A stretch of DNA of 64,000 bases from a virus. Lineage: Duplodnaviria > Caudoviricetes. The notes under the pieces were generated by a model, which searched no databases, had not been told where the DNA came from, and saw only the letters and a program-made list of their open reading frames with translations. This document shows positions 15,631 through 24,092 of this stretch, one piece after another. A program made the translations under genes and the position numbers. Each line of letters starts with the position of its first letter. Positions within the stretch are counted from its first letter, which is position 1. The stretch lies in the IMG/VR virus record IMGVR_UViG_3300032328_000934, positions 14,975-78,974 of that record. One strand, written 5' to 3'.

Positions 15631-15659
15631 ATAATAACCGAATTCGCGCTAGCTGTCAA
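15631..15659 (-). promoter_or_regulatory. sigma70-type promoter
   Basis: TTGACA-N17-TATTAT. Confidence 0.8.
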
Positions 15660-15855
15660 GTGGATTACGCGACGAGTTTGCCTCGATCCGCAAGTACCCG
15701 TGACGAGGGCGCATCTCCTGCAAAACACGCTCGATAAACTCGCGTGTTCCGATCACCTCAGTGATAAATTCACTGCGACTGTTAACAATGTTGAATGAAC
15801 GAATTTCATCCTTCTGCCAATCGATGGACCGATCTCTAGTCTGTAAGGTCGACAA
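15649..15855 (-). CDS. hypothetical protein
   Basis: 68 aa, AGGAG SD. Confidence 0.55.
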   Translation of the reverse strand: MSTLQTRDRSIDWQKDEIRSFNIVNSRSEFITEVIGTREFIERVLQEMRPRHGYLRIEANSSRNPLDS

Positions 15856-16156
15856 GACGTTCTCCTACTCTACGAAAAAACTGCGCTATTGGGTTGCGGT
15901 TGGCCTGTAAATGACTTGCCCGATGTATCTCAGAGGCACGGAGCCAGCGACGAAGCGAGAAGGTCAAGCAGTAGTGCGCTAAGTCCCATGCTTGGACGAA
16001 ACTGTCTGACGGGTATACTGACTCGACAATCGGGGGGAAGGCCTCTTCTACGGGGCCGTGAGTGATCTGCCAGCGATACTTACCGGTGTCGTTCTCTTGG
16101 ATCACCTCGATCGCGAATGGAGTCTCAGGAACTAGATACCGTTCGTGTCTGCCCAT
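15836..16156 (-). CDS. hypothetical protein
   Basis: AAGGAG SD before ATG 16156. Confidence 0.65.
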   Translation of the reverse strand: MGRHERYLVPETPFAIEVIQENDTGKYRWQITHGPVEEAFPPIVESVYPSDSFVQAWDLAHYCLTFSLRRWLRASEIHRASHLQANRNPIAQFFRRVGERLVDLTD

Positions 16157-16298
16157 TGGCATTCTCCTTTGTGGCTAGTTGCACCATGAGGGCAACCGCT
16201 GCTTCTCGTGTGTTTGCGTGTGCTACTGTGTGGCTGAACATCCACACTCGGTGAACCACTTCCCACGAACCATTGCGAAATTGTACGAAGTAACGCAT
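16125..16298 (-). CDS. hypothetical protein
   Basis: GGAG SD before ATG 16298. Confidence 0.55.
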   Translation of the reverse strand: MRYFVQFRNGSWEVVHRVWMFSHTVAHANTREAAVALMVQLATKENANGQTRTVSSS

Positions 16299-16309
16299 AC
16301 ATTCTCCAT

Positions 16310-16361
16310 AAATAAAAATAGAACCCTTTCTCATTATAGAGAAAGGGTTGCTACTTGTCAA
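16310..16361 (-). promoter_or_regulatory. overlapping terminator and sigma70 promoter
   Basis: TTGACA(16361-16356)-N17-TATAAT(16338-16333); TATAAT is the loop of AACCCTTTCTC/GAGAAAGGGTT, followed by a T-rich tract. Confidence 0.8.
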
Positions 16362-16625
16362 CTACCAAATTCGATCGAGTTGCTGTACGTATAACTCAAA
16401 CTCGTTACCGTTACACACACGCTCCCAATACGGCCGATCCATTGCGTTCACGTAGAGCTGCCAGATCATCTCATTGCCCGACATCGCGCTAAATCCAATC
16501 GCCCCGTGATGTCGCTCAATGCCTCGAAGAAGCGCTTGAAGCGCAGTCATGTTCCAGCGTGACACATCTATCTTAAGCGTCACGAGCCACTTATTAACGG
16601 CTAAGCGGAGTTCTGTAGGTTTCAT
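16362..16625 (-). CDS. hypothetical protein
   Basis: GGAGGA SD before ATG 16625. Confidence 0.55.
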   Translation of the reverse strand: MKPTELRLAVNKWLVTLKIDVSRWNMTALQALLRGIERHHGAIGFSAMSGNEMIWQLYVNAMDRPYWERVCNGNEFELYVQQLDRIW

Positions 16626-17283
16626 ATCCCGGTAATCCTCCCCATTTTTGCACATAGTACTCGGCATTTTTTCGAAAGTTATGATGATAGATTGCCTGCT
16701 CCACATTGTCATACTTGTCTGACGGTGCGTAATCACCACTAAAAAACGATACACCGTTGAACACGTGCAGTGGTATTCCCATCAGTTTCATACGATACAG
16801 ATAGTCACTATCTTCAAAACCCTCGGGCCAAAATTGAGTGTCGAACTCCCCAATTTCTTGGTACAGCCCGCGTGTTAGGGCGAAAAACGAGAGGGGCCTG
16901 TAGTTAGCAGCGCTATAATGCACAAACCGTTGGTTTCCTAGAGCCTTGATTGTTTCTGTGATAGTCGGCTGGTCAAGGGTAAGCCAATCCCGTGCAATGA
17001 TAATTGCATCGCAATCGCTGTCAAACGCGTTGCGGCAGAGTAGGTTCCAACTCCGTGCCAGTCCGTGATTGGCGGGGAAGTCGGTTATAATTAACGACTT
17101 CAATGGGTTAAGCGTAGTGAGCACGTCCCACCAAGACTGCTGTACTCCATGATACTCAAGCCCAAGTGAGTTATTTAGGTGAAGGTGAATCGCATCGACT
17201 TGAGACTCATCCACACTTGGAATATGCTTGTCTACTACCCAATCAAACTGGTTAACCGTAGTAATTCCGTAGCGCACTTTCAT
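16594..17283 (-). CDS. glycosyltransferase, GT-A fold (GT2-like)
   Basis: GLARSWN, IGEFDTQFWPEGFEDSDYLYR motifs. Confidence 0.8.
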   Translation of the reverse strand: MKVRYGITTVNQFDWVVDKHIPSVDESQVDAIHLHLNNSLGLEYHGVQQSWWDVLTTLNPLKSLIITDFPANHGLARSWNLLCRNAFDSDCDAIIIARDWLTLDQPTITETIKALGNQRFVHYSAANYRPLSFFALTRGLYQEIGEFDTQFWPEGFEDSDYLYRMKLMGIPLHVFNGVSFFSGDYAPSDKYDNVEQAIYHHNFRKNAEYYVQKWGGLPGYETYRTPLSR

Positions 17284-17291
17284 ACATACTC

Positions 17292-17717
17292 CTATTTAAA
17301 AACTGCCCGATCTTCTTGGACAGTCATCCATTTAGACCAGCAAGGGCGACTTGATGCCCAGTGACGCCAACCGTAACCATCTTCCCAAAGTGTTTGAAAA
17401 AGTTGATATTGTGTATAAGCCGGAGCTTTATCAGCACTAGGATAGAGAGTGACTACCTCTTTCCAATCAGATTCAAACGCTTGACGCATTATCCAACCGT
17501 CGTTCGGATTCCACACCCAGTAGTTGTTGAACTGAAAAGCACCGCCATCTCGAGTACCGTCTTTGTTTATGTTAACGGCATTCCATTTGTATGATCCGAG
17601 TGTTTGAGTATCCCCCGATTCACATGCCATAATAGCCAGTGCTTCCCGGGATAAATCTACCTGTTCACAGCCTACTGGACTGCAGTACAAAATAAACGTA
17701 ACTAGTAAGCTAATCAT
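17292..17717 (-). CDS. lysozyme-like (SLT-type) transglycosylase with N-terminal hydrophobic segment
   Basis: ALAIMACESG (catalytic E), GAFQFN, G.RHW; GAAGG SD before ATG 17717. Confidence 0.75.
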   Translation of the reverse strand: MISLLVTFILYCSPVGCEQVDLSREALAIMACESGDTQTLGSYKWNAVNINKDGTRDGGAFQFNNYWVWNPNDGWIMRQAFESDWKEVVTLYPSADKAPAYTQYQLFQTLWEDGYGWRHWASSRPCWSKWMTVQEDRAVFK

Positions 17718-17898
17718 CCTTCTCCTTTTTAACTCGTTTTTGTGTGGGTTTGGGCAAACTAACCTTAACCTTGGGGTCAAGCAGTTTTGCGAGCGAACCA
17801 TCCGCGTTGTAAATCTCTGCACTCTTGGTGTAGGTTTCAACGATTTGTGTGTTGCCGTCAGCGTTTGTGACAAGCCATTTTTTGTAGTTCTGTTCCAT
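17710..17898 (-). CDS. hypothetical protein
   Basis: 62 aa, GAGGA SD. Confidence 0.6.
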   Translation of the reverse strand: MEQNYKKWLVTNADGNTQIVETYTKSAEIYNADGSLAKLLDPKVKVSLPKPTQKRVKKEKDD

Positions 17899-17910
17899 AA
17901 ATCCTCTATA

Positions 17911-17957
17911 AATAAAAAACCTCCCCCATTATAGTGGGGGAGATTCTCGTTTGTCAA
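17911..17957 (-). promoter_or_regulatory. overlapping terminator and sigma70 promoter
   Basis: TTGACA(17957-17952)-N18-TATAAT(17933-17928) inside hairpin AATCTCCCCCA/TGGGGGAGGTT followed by TTTT. Confidence 0.8.
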
Positions 17958-17960
17958 GGG

Positions 17961-18398
17961 CTATTCGGGTTTATGTGCGTCTTCTCGGCTAATTGACACA
18001 ATTACTGTCTGTTGGCTTGTAGGATCAAGCAGGTCGTTTGCGGTCTGTTTGTCCATATCCTGCAGAAATGCGCTTACTTGGTCTTTTACTAAGCTAAGCA
18101 GAGCTGATTGCGGATTAATCGTCTGCTCCCACGCAAGCGGTTTGACTGCGGCTCGGTATATTACCTGCGAGGTAGTGAAGATGATAGTCAGGGACTGAAA
18201 GAAGAATTCGGCATCAAACTCTTTCCCTGAAGTAAGGCTGGCGGCCGGTATAATTGCAGCGGCCAGAAACGACAGGCCGAATACGAGCGCAAACTTCTGC
18301 ACACTTGGCCAGTGTGCTTGTTTTAAGCTACTTGCGACCAAAGGAATGATGATACCTACCAACAACTGATATATAAGTTCCATAGTTTTAAGATCCAT
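17961..18398 (-). CDS. putative holin
   Basis: About three TM segments; in the lysis cluster. Confidence 0.6.
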   Translation of the reverse strand: MDLKTMELIYQLLVGIIIPLVASSLKQAHWPSVQKFALVFGLSFLAAAIIPAASLTSGKEFDAEFFFQSLTIIFTTSQVIYRAAVKPLAWEQTINPQSALLSLVKDQVSAFLQDMDKQTANDLLDPTSQQTVIVSISREDAHKPE

Positions 18399-18732
18399 TT
18401 GATTTCTCCATACTGTTAATTTTGTTACTCATCTCGGCTACGAATTGTTCTAGATCTTGGATGCGATCAAGCATGCGGAGTTTATCCGACTCCAACTGAA
18501 TAATTTTTTGCTCAAGTTCCATTTGCTTTTGCTTTTCGGCTAGATTATCGCTGAGCAATTGCTCGTTCTTAGTTCTAAGCGTTTCATTGTCCGACTCGAG
18601 GGATTCGATACGTAAAAGCAAACTGTCCTGAAACTTTGCCGTGGCGTCGCTACCACTCTTTTTAAAAGATAGCCATGCTAATGCAAACGACACCACGCCG
18701 GTGATCAGTGCATACAGCGTTTGGTCGCTCAT
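18388..18732 (-). CDS. membrane-anchored coiled-coil protein (lysis accessory)
   Basis: One N-terminal TM helix plus long heptad region, between amidase and holin. Confidence 0.6.
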   Translation of the reverse strand: MSDQTLYALITGVVSFALAWLSFKKSGSDATAKFQDSLLLRIESLESDNETLRTKNEQLLSDNLAEKQKQMELEQKIIQLESDKLRMLDRIQDLEQFVAEMSNKINSMEKSNGS

Positions 18733-19454
18733 AACTCACCTCCAAAGTCAATTAGTGATGCATGCACAAACCCCAACCAATTACAATAATACCACAAGTT
18801 GCTGTTATTATACACGTCACCCGCAACTGGTTTTTGACTGAGTGCAACAGTCAATTTAGCGGGTAATACCGCAACAATGTTTAGGTCAAATTTTGGACTA
18901 CTTCGTAAATTACTGTTTACCCGTAATCGACCTAGGATAGGTGTGTCGTTAACCTGATTAGACCAGTTAACAAATTGATCGTCAATTACACCCGATGGGT
19001 CTATTTTTCGGCCAATAGGGCGAGCAATCTGTCGATGCATTACACGCGTTAATCCGCCGTAGCACTGTGCTAGTCTTGTTAACGCGTGCCACATCTCACC
19101 TGTCCAGTACAGCTCTTTTGGGGTAAAGTGCATCTCTACCCCAATAGCGTAGTAGTTACTGTACGCATCTCTGCTCACCTCTCCTGCGTGCCACGCTACG
19201 TACTTCTCGGGGTCTAATACCTGATAGATAACTCCGGACTTGTTTATAAAATAATGAGCAGAGACATTAGGCGAATTAACGAGATAATTTAACTCGGCAC
19301 TCCCCTTAGACCCAACGTTACCGTTGGTTGTGTGCACTACAAACGTTTTATACGGGTCACTGCCCTTGCGGAGGCTGTACCCTTGGCCCGGTGGGAGTAC
19401 TAGGTTCTTCTGGTGCGCTGTCTCCATTGGGAGGTGGCTGAGTAGTTGGTTCAT
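18729..19454 (-). CDS. endolysin, N-acetylmuramoyl-L-alanine amidase (Amidase_2) with C-terminal SH3-like domain
   Basis: VVHTT, SAHY, AWHAG, IGVE, MH...RKIDP. Confidence 0.88.
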   Translation of the reverse strand: MNQLLSHLPMETAHQKNLVLPPGQGYSLRKGSDPYKTFVVHTTNGNVGSKGSAELNYLVNSPNVSAHYFINKSGVIYQVLDPEKYVAWHAGEVSRDAYSNYYAIGVEMHFTPKELYWTGEMWHALTRLAQCYGGLTRVMHRQIARPIGRKIDPSGVIDDQFVNWSNQVNDTPILGRLRVNSNLRSSPKFDLNIVAVLPAKLTVALSQKPVAGDVYNNSNLWYYCNWLGFVHASLIDFGGEL

Positions 19455-20790
19455 TCTGTACCTCTGTTTTTATTTTTACCTGCTCTTCCTCATAAGTGGT
19501 ATTGTACAGTTGAGCAATCGTGTCCTTGGATATGGCACCTACCTGTTGCGCTTGAATTGCAAACTGAGTAAGTGTCGTCATATCTTGAAATTGAATTGGT
19601 GAGAAATAGGGCTGCGGCCACTCTGAAAAATTGTTGCGGGTTGCCAAGTCTTCATACAACCATTCAATCCACTGAATAATACGCTCGCGTAATTCTGCAA
19701 GCGTCGCTGTAGGACCAAGAGTTGCAATACGACTATCAGAAGAATTACTACGCAATGATTCGCCAACGGTGAGAATTCGCGGAAAACCTAATGCAAGAAA
19801 CACATCTGCGTTTGGTTCCGCGTATTTTGCCTCGTTCAGGAGTGCATCCAACGGCGGGAGAACCCACTTAATCTCGACCGTGTGGTTTGTAAAGAGATTA
19901 AACACACGATCACCAGAAGTAGCTGCGTCGGTAATAGCACGCTGCGTTGCCTCAATGTCATCCTGTGTTGCGGGGAATTGATCGCTACCCACTTTAATTT
20001 GACGCAATAACTCAATTGATCGAGACACAATCGTCTGGTCCATAAGCTTCAAATATTCTTTATGCTGCATTGCCCGAAGCGCATTCTGCAAAAATGGGAG
20101 CGGGTAATCACTATACGAGACTAGATCGGCGTATAGCGCCCTCTCTTCAATGGGGAATAACCTTTGGCCTGCCACGACTGCGCGTACGTAGGCAGGGTTA
20201 GTGCGTAATAATTCTTTGTAGGCTGCCGAATCATCAGTACCGTCGTTGCGCTTTCCTTTCTGCGTAATAAACGTTACTTCATCCATAGGAACTTCGAGGA
20301 ACACGGCGCGATCCATTCCGTTCGGTTTTTTACGCAATTTTATGTTTGTTGGATTACGTATCCACATTGAATCGGGGATCTCAACACGCCGTCGTCCAAG
20401 CGTCGGATCTAAACGGTTCAGCATTATCTGTTTGTACGTGATTCCGGGTACGGCTAACCCATGAATAAAATACTCCGTTGCCATATGCTTTAAGAACGGT
20501 TGCAGTTTTTTAGCCACTGCGTCAAAGAACTTTAGGGTAGACTCGTCATAGTCACCCTTACGGTTGCGTAATCTGGTAATAGCCAGATTTACCATACGGT
20601 TGACAACGGTGCGAGCAATTGTGTCACGTTCATAAAAGTGACGACAAAAGACAATTAGCTCATGGTACGTGTACTTCCGAGAGTTATCGAAAGGTACTTG
20701 AGTCGGATCGTAATACCCCACCGTATTTAAGTTATACATAAAAATTGGATTTGGGGTAAAACTTGCGACCGTTTTTGTTAAATTAGACAT
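19357..20790 (-). CDS. portal protein
   Basis: About 477 aa directly downstream of TerL; helical with LGFP..L motif and disordered tail; GAGG SD before ATG 20790. Confidence 0.75.
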   Translation of the reverse strand: MSNLTKTVASFTPNPIFMYNLNTVGYYDPTQVPFDNSRKYTYHELIVFCRHFYERDTIARTVVNRMVNLAITRLRNRKGDYDESTLKFFDAVAKKLQPFLKHMATEYFIHGLAVPGITYKQIMLNRLDPTLGRRRVEIPDSMWIRNPTNIKLRKKPNGMDRAVFLEVPMDEVTFITQKGKRNDGTDDSAAYKELLRTNPAYVRAVVAGQRLFPIEERALYADLVSYSDYPLPFLQNALRAMQHKEYLKLMDQTIVSRSIELLRQIKVGSDQFPATQDDIEATQRAITDAATSGDRVFNLFTNHTVEIKWVLPPLDALLNEAKYAEPNADVFLALGFPRILTVGESLRSNSSDSRIATLGPTATLAELRERIIQWIEWLYEDLATRNNFSEWPQPYFSPIQFQDMTTLTQFAIQAQQVGAISKDTIAQLYNTTYEEEQVKIKTEVQNEPTTQPPPNGDSAPEEPSTPTGPRVQPPQGQ

Positions 20791-20792
20791 AC

Positions 20793-23387
20793 TTACCTCA
20801 CTGTACTTGATGTAGTTGCTCTGGCCAGCCCCGCGGGAGCGACTACGTCGATACGCTCGCGTAATGCGGCAATAAAACATAGGTAGCTGGCATAAATATG
20901 ATCGTCTGTGCTTTCTCCATGACCTCTCGGCGACACAACAAAGTAATGGACATGTCCGCTAGTACGTCGTTGGCGTGCCACACGTTCAAGTTGAGAGACG
21001 CCCTCGGCGTCAACCTCAGAGAAACCTATAGTTTTTCTTTGTATGTGTTTAACAAGTTCACTGGTGGCCCACGCCTTGAACGACTCGGTAATCTGAGTTC
21101 CGTCGTGGATAGTTCCTACAAGAATCTTTTCGTTAAACTGTACGGGGATAATTCGCTTCGAGTACATGCTCGCTGCGTACTCAGAACGCGAAGTTAAGCT
21201 CTGTACGATACCTGCACCACCCCCACCGGCTCCGACGTCTATGGCGATCTTATTGGCACCATAGCTGCGTGCAAGATAGTCAATTGCTCGCTCTTGTTCC
21301 GGGAAGTCAATACGCTGCATTTTATAACGAACGTGGCATTTCCACATGTCGTTGACTAATGCAAATACCTGAATGATCGTAGGGTCGGAGAAACCGGTAT
21401 CGATTGCAAATACAATCCCGTCGTTCTTAGGTAAAGTTACAATTGGAAGCGCTTCCGATATAGAACGGCCAGTCTCTTTTTCTTTAGCCGTGTATTGATA
21501 CGAGAAAAAGTCGTACGGCTGAATACTCATTTGATCCCGGGAGATTACTTGGAACGTCGGTGAACCATGCTTACCAAGAACCAACTGTTGAAAAATATCC
21601 TCGTTCTCTCCCCCGTAACGACGGATCGCATCGTCCCAGTCTGCTTTAGTAAAGTATGGATTGTTTGGAGCCGGGATGCGGTACTTTTTAAACTTTGGTG
21701 TTTTGACATCAAGCACGTAAAGTGCCGTGTTTCTCATACCGTTCGGCACACCACAATAAATTTCCTGCACTCTTGGTTCCCACGTATTAATTGTAGGTTG
21801 TAGTTGATAGAACGCAGTCATAGGAAACAACTGAAACTCGTCTCCGGTAACCTTAGGAATGTGCAGACCGACCAAGTTGTTTGCCTCCTTACTACCTGCG
21901 ATACGGGCGTAAAGGCGGTGCTTTCGCGTACCCATCTGAAAGTCTAACGTGCCCTTGGATCGATTTATGTTGTTATTTAAAAAATCCTTGAGTAAAGGAC
22001 TTGTAGTAAACTTTAGAATTACCCGGTCAAGAATCGGTGTGAGCTGATTGGTGTTCGGTGTTACCAAAAGCTGCTCAGGAGTCTTTGGAAACTCAATGGT
22101 TGAGTTAACTATTTGGTAAGTCAGTAAATCCTCAAGAATTACCGAGTTGTGTACAATTATATTTTCTGAGATGTACGTCTCATCTTGATACACATGCACC
22201 GAGTACGTCTGCGCCCTTGATCCCTTGATTTTAGCGGTAACACGATCCCACTCGACTGTTTGAACTGGCGGCACGTTCTCTCGAGTTATTGAAACACTGA
22301 CTCCGGGTAGCGTAAACTCACTCCAGAACCGCCGTGCATTAACACGATCGAGTGTCTCAACTTCCCACACCGAATCGTCAATATCAAAGATATGATGCTC
22401 GGACGCATGGTCAGTTATCTTCATAGCTCGAGTCCTTACTCCAAAGTAAAGCAACAACTCTTGCCAATCTTTTACGTACTGCTCATTAAGTAACTTGATC
22501 TTTACTGACTCTAAAGTAAGGTGCCCGTATTGAGCGTAGGCTGCTTCCATAAACGTGCGGATATTGTCTAGCCTTTGATTTTTAATCCAATCTAGACGAA
22601 ATACTTGGCGAGCATCCTTGGCCAATAAATTTAACTCTTGCTTAAGTTGATTCATGTAGTGACGTACCCCACCCGCTTTAATGCGTTCTAAGAAGACACG
22701 ACCCTGCTCATCTTTGCGGTAAGTTAGGTACAGGTGGTGGGCAATATCTCGCAGCTCCGCATCGATCTTTTTAAAACGCGGGGTAATACCGACGGAGGCT
22801 TTATGAAAGACCGAGCCTGAGGCAAGGTACCCAAGTGCACGCAACTCGTGCCACGACAGCGTATCGTAAGTGCAGTGGTCTGTAGGTAACTTACCTGCGG
22901 CCGCAACTAGGTCACCAATTACTAAATCCCCCATAAGGATAAATCCTTTGGGGGTAAGAATAGGATGCAGGTCAGTCGCTTTTATTTGGTTACCGCTCGA
23001 GGTCATCAACGTCCACACCGGTTTCCACTGATCTCTTCGAATAAATCCCCGACGAAGTGTGAACTCTCCGGATGTGGAGTATCCGTAGGTCACGAAAGAC
23101 TTTCTTTTTAAAAGTTTGGTTATTGTCTCATAACCCCTGTCGGTAAGAATACGCGCCGAGGCTGGTTGACACTTTCCGATTGCACGTCCACCGGTTACTA
23201 CAATGTGTGCCGATTGATCACTGAGAATTTCTCGTTGAAACGGGCGGAAAAAGAATTCCTCGGCGGGCCAGTTGGATTTGTTCATGTCAGCTGTGTTAGT
23301 AGAGCGAAGAAACTCATTCAACCAAACGGGATCCTCTATTATCTCAAGTAGTGCGAGATCCGCGTCATCTAGCTTAGTTTTCAGCAT
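20793..23387 (-). CDS. terL: terminase large subunit (intein-containing)
   Basis: Walker A GGRAIGK|S split by an intein, Walker B TGDEFQ, nuclease AIDTGFSDPT and DDHIYA; AGGAGG SD before ATG 23387. Confidence 0.9.
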   Translation of the reverse strand: MLKTKLDDADLALLEIIEDPVWLNEFLRSTNTADMNKSNWPAEEFFFRPFQREILSDQSAHIVVTGGRAIGKCQPASARILTDRGYETITKLLKRKSFVTYGYSTSGEFTLRRGFIRRDQWKPVWTLMTSSGNQIKATDLHPILTPKGFILMGDLVIGDLVAAAGKLPTDHCTYDTLSWHELRALGYLASGSVFHKASVGITPRFKKIDAELRDIAHHLYLTYRKDEQGRVFLERIKAGGVRHYMNQLKQELNLLAKDARQVFRLDWIKNQRLDNIRTFMEAAYAQYGHLTLESVKIKLLNEQYVKDWQELLLYFGVRTRAMKITDHASEHHIFDIDDSVWEVETLDRVNARRFWSEFTLPGVSVSITRENVPPVQTVEWDRVTAKIKGSRAQTYSVHVYQDETYISENIIVHNSVILEDLLTYQIVNSTIEFPKTPEQLLVTPNTNQLTPILDRVILKFTTSPLLKDFLNNNINRSKGTLDFQMGTRKHRLYARIAGSKEANNLVGLHIPKVTGDEFQLFPMTAFYQLQPTINTWEPRVQEIYCGVPNGMRNTALYVLDVKTPKFKKYRIPAPNNPYFTKADWDDAIRRYGGENEDIFQQLVLGKHGSPTFQVISRDQMSIQPYDFFSYQYTAKEKETGRSISEALPIVTLPKNDGIVFAIDTGFSDPTIIQVFALVNDMWKCHVRYKMQRIDFPEQERAIDYLARSYGANKIAIDVGAGGGGAGIVQSLTSRSEYAASMYSKRIIPVQFNEKILVGTIHDGTQITESFKAWATSELVKHIQRKTIGFSEVDAEGVSQLERVARQRRTSGHVHYFVVSPRGHGESTDDHIYASYLCFIAALRERIDVVAPAGLARATTSSTVR
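22146..23171 (-). mobile_element. intein, 342 aa, with degenerate LAGLIDADG homing endonuclease
   Basis: Begins CQPASARILT (C1), has block B TDLHPILT, ends IIVHN followed by S+1. Confidence 0.92.
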
Positions 23388-24018
23388 CGAATGCCTCCTG
23401 ACTGAAATCATCTGACAGCACTAAGTCATCTTCCTCTACATCAGCCGAACTGCCGGATTGTTTAGAGTTAACTACAGTATATCGATGTTTTTTACGCCAG
23501 CTGGAATCAGCAATGTCGAAGAAAATATCCCTCTCCTCGCGAGAAGCTGAAACTGCTTTGTTACACTGATTACAGTTAACTTTTAGTGTAAATCGAGAAT
23601 GATCGTGCATAATAGAAAACCGTCCCAAGAGAATTTTACAATCTGGGCAGTAGAGTTTAACTAGGCGGCGTTCAAGAAAGTCTTGGGCAGTAGCCTTGAG
23701 ATTAACGATATACTCAGCTATTGAATCTGACTTGTCGTTCGTTCTGGTTTTTCTATCTAGTGCGAGTGCCCGCTCCAACTGTAGATTACGTTCAATGATG
23801 TCTTTAAGAGACGATCCCAAACGTTGAATCATATCAATATTATCTACGGGGTCGTCAGCGGTTAAGTCCTGAAGCTTTGCTTGAAGAGTTTCAATAATAA
23901 CTTGATTATTAATGAGCATTTCAAGGTTCGCTCGGTCGTTCGGAGAAGATAACGTAACTAAGTCGTATTTGTCCGAATAGTCTTTTAAAATCTCACTAAA
24001 CCTACGATTCTTTGTCAT
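23374..24018 (-). CDS. probable terminase small subunit (Zn-ribbon containing)
   Basis: Immediately upstream of and overlapping TerL; helical N-terminal half plus CPDC/CNQC. Confidence 0.55.
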   Translation of the reverse strand: MTKNRRFSEILKDYSDKYDLVTLSSPNDRANLEMLINNQVIIETLQAKLQDLTADDPVDNIDMIQRLGSSLKDIIERNLQLERALALDRKTRTNDKSDSIAEYIVNLKATAQDFLERRLVKLYCPDCKILLGRFSIMHDHSRFTLKVNCNQCNKAVSASREERDIFFDIADSSWRKKHRYTVVNSKQSGSSADVEEDDLVLSDDFSQEAFDAEN

Positions 24019-24092
24019 TTATTCCCCTTACGATAAAGGATACACAACGAAACTCGTTGGTATCCTTTATCAATGTCATTATTATCTTGTCA

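Noticed and set aside
17718-17957. N-terminal extension of the transglycosylase to TTG 17957
   Set aside because: That TTG is the -35 box, and the stretch holds a terminator and a separate 62-aa gene
18388-18732. Spanin call
   Set aside because: No overlapping lipoprotein partner or lipobox found; left as a lysis accessory protein
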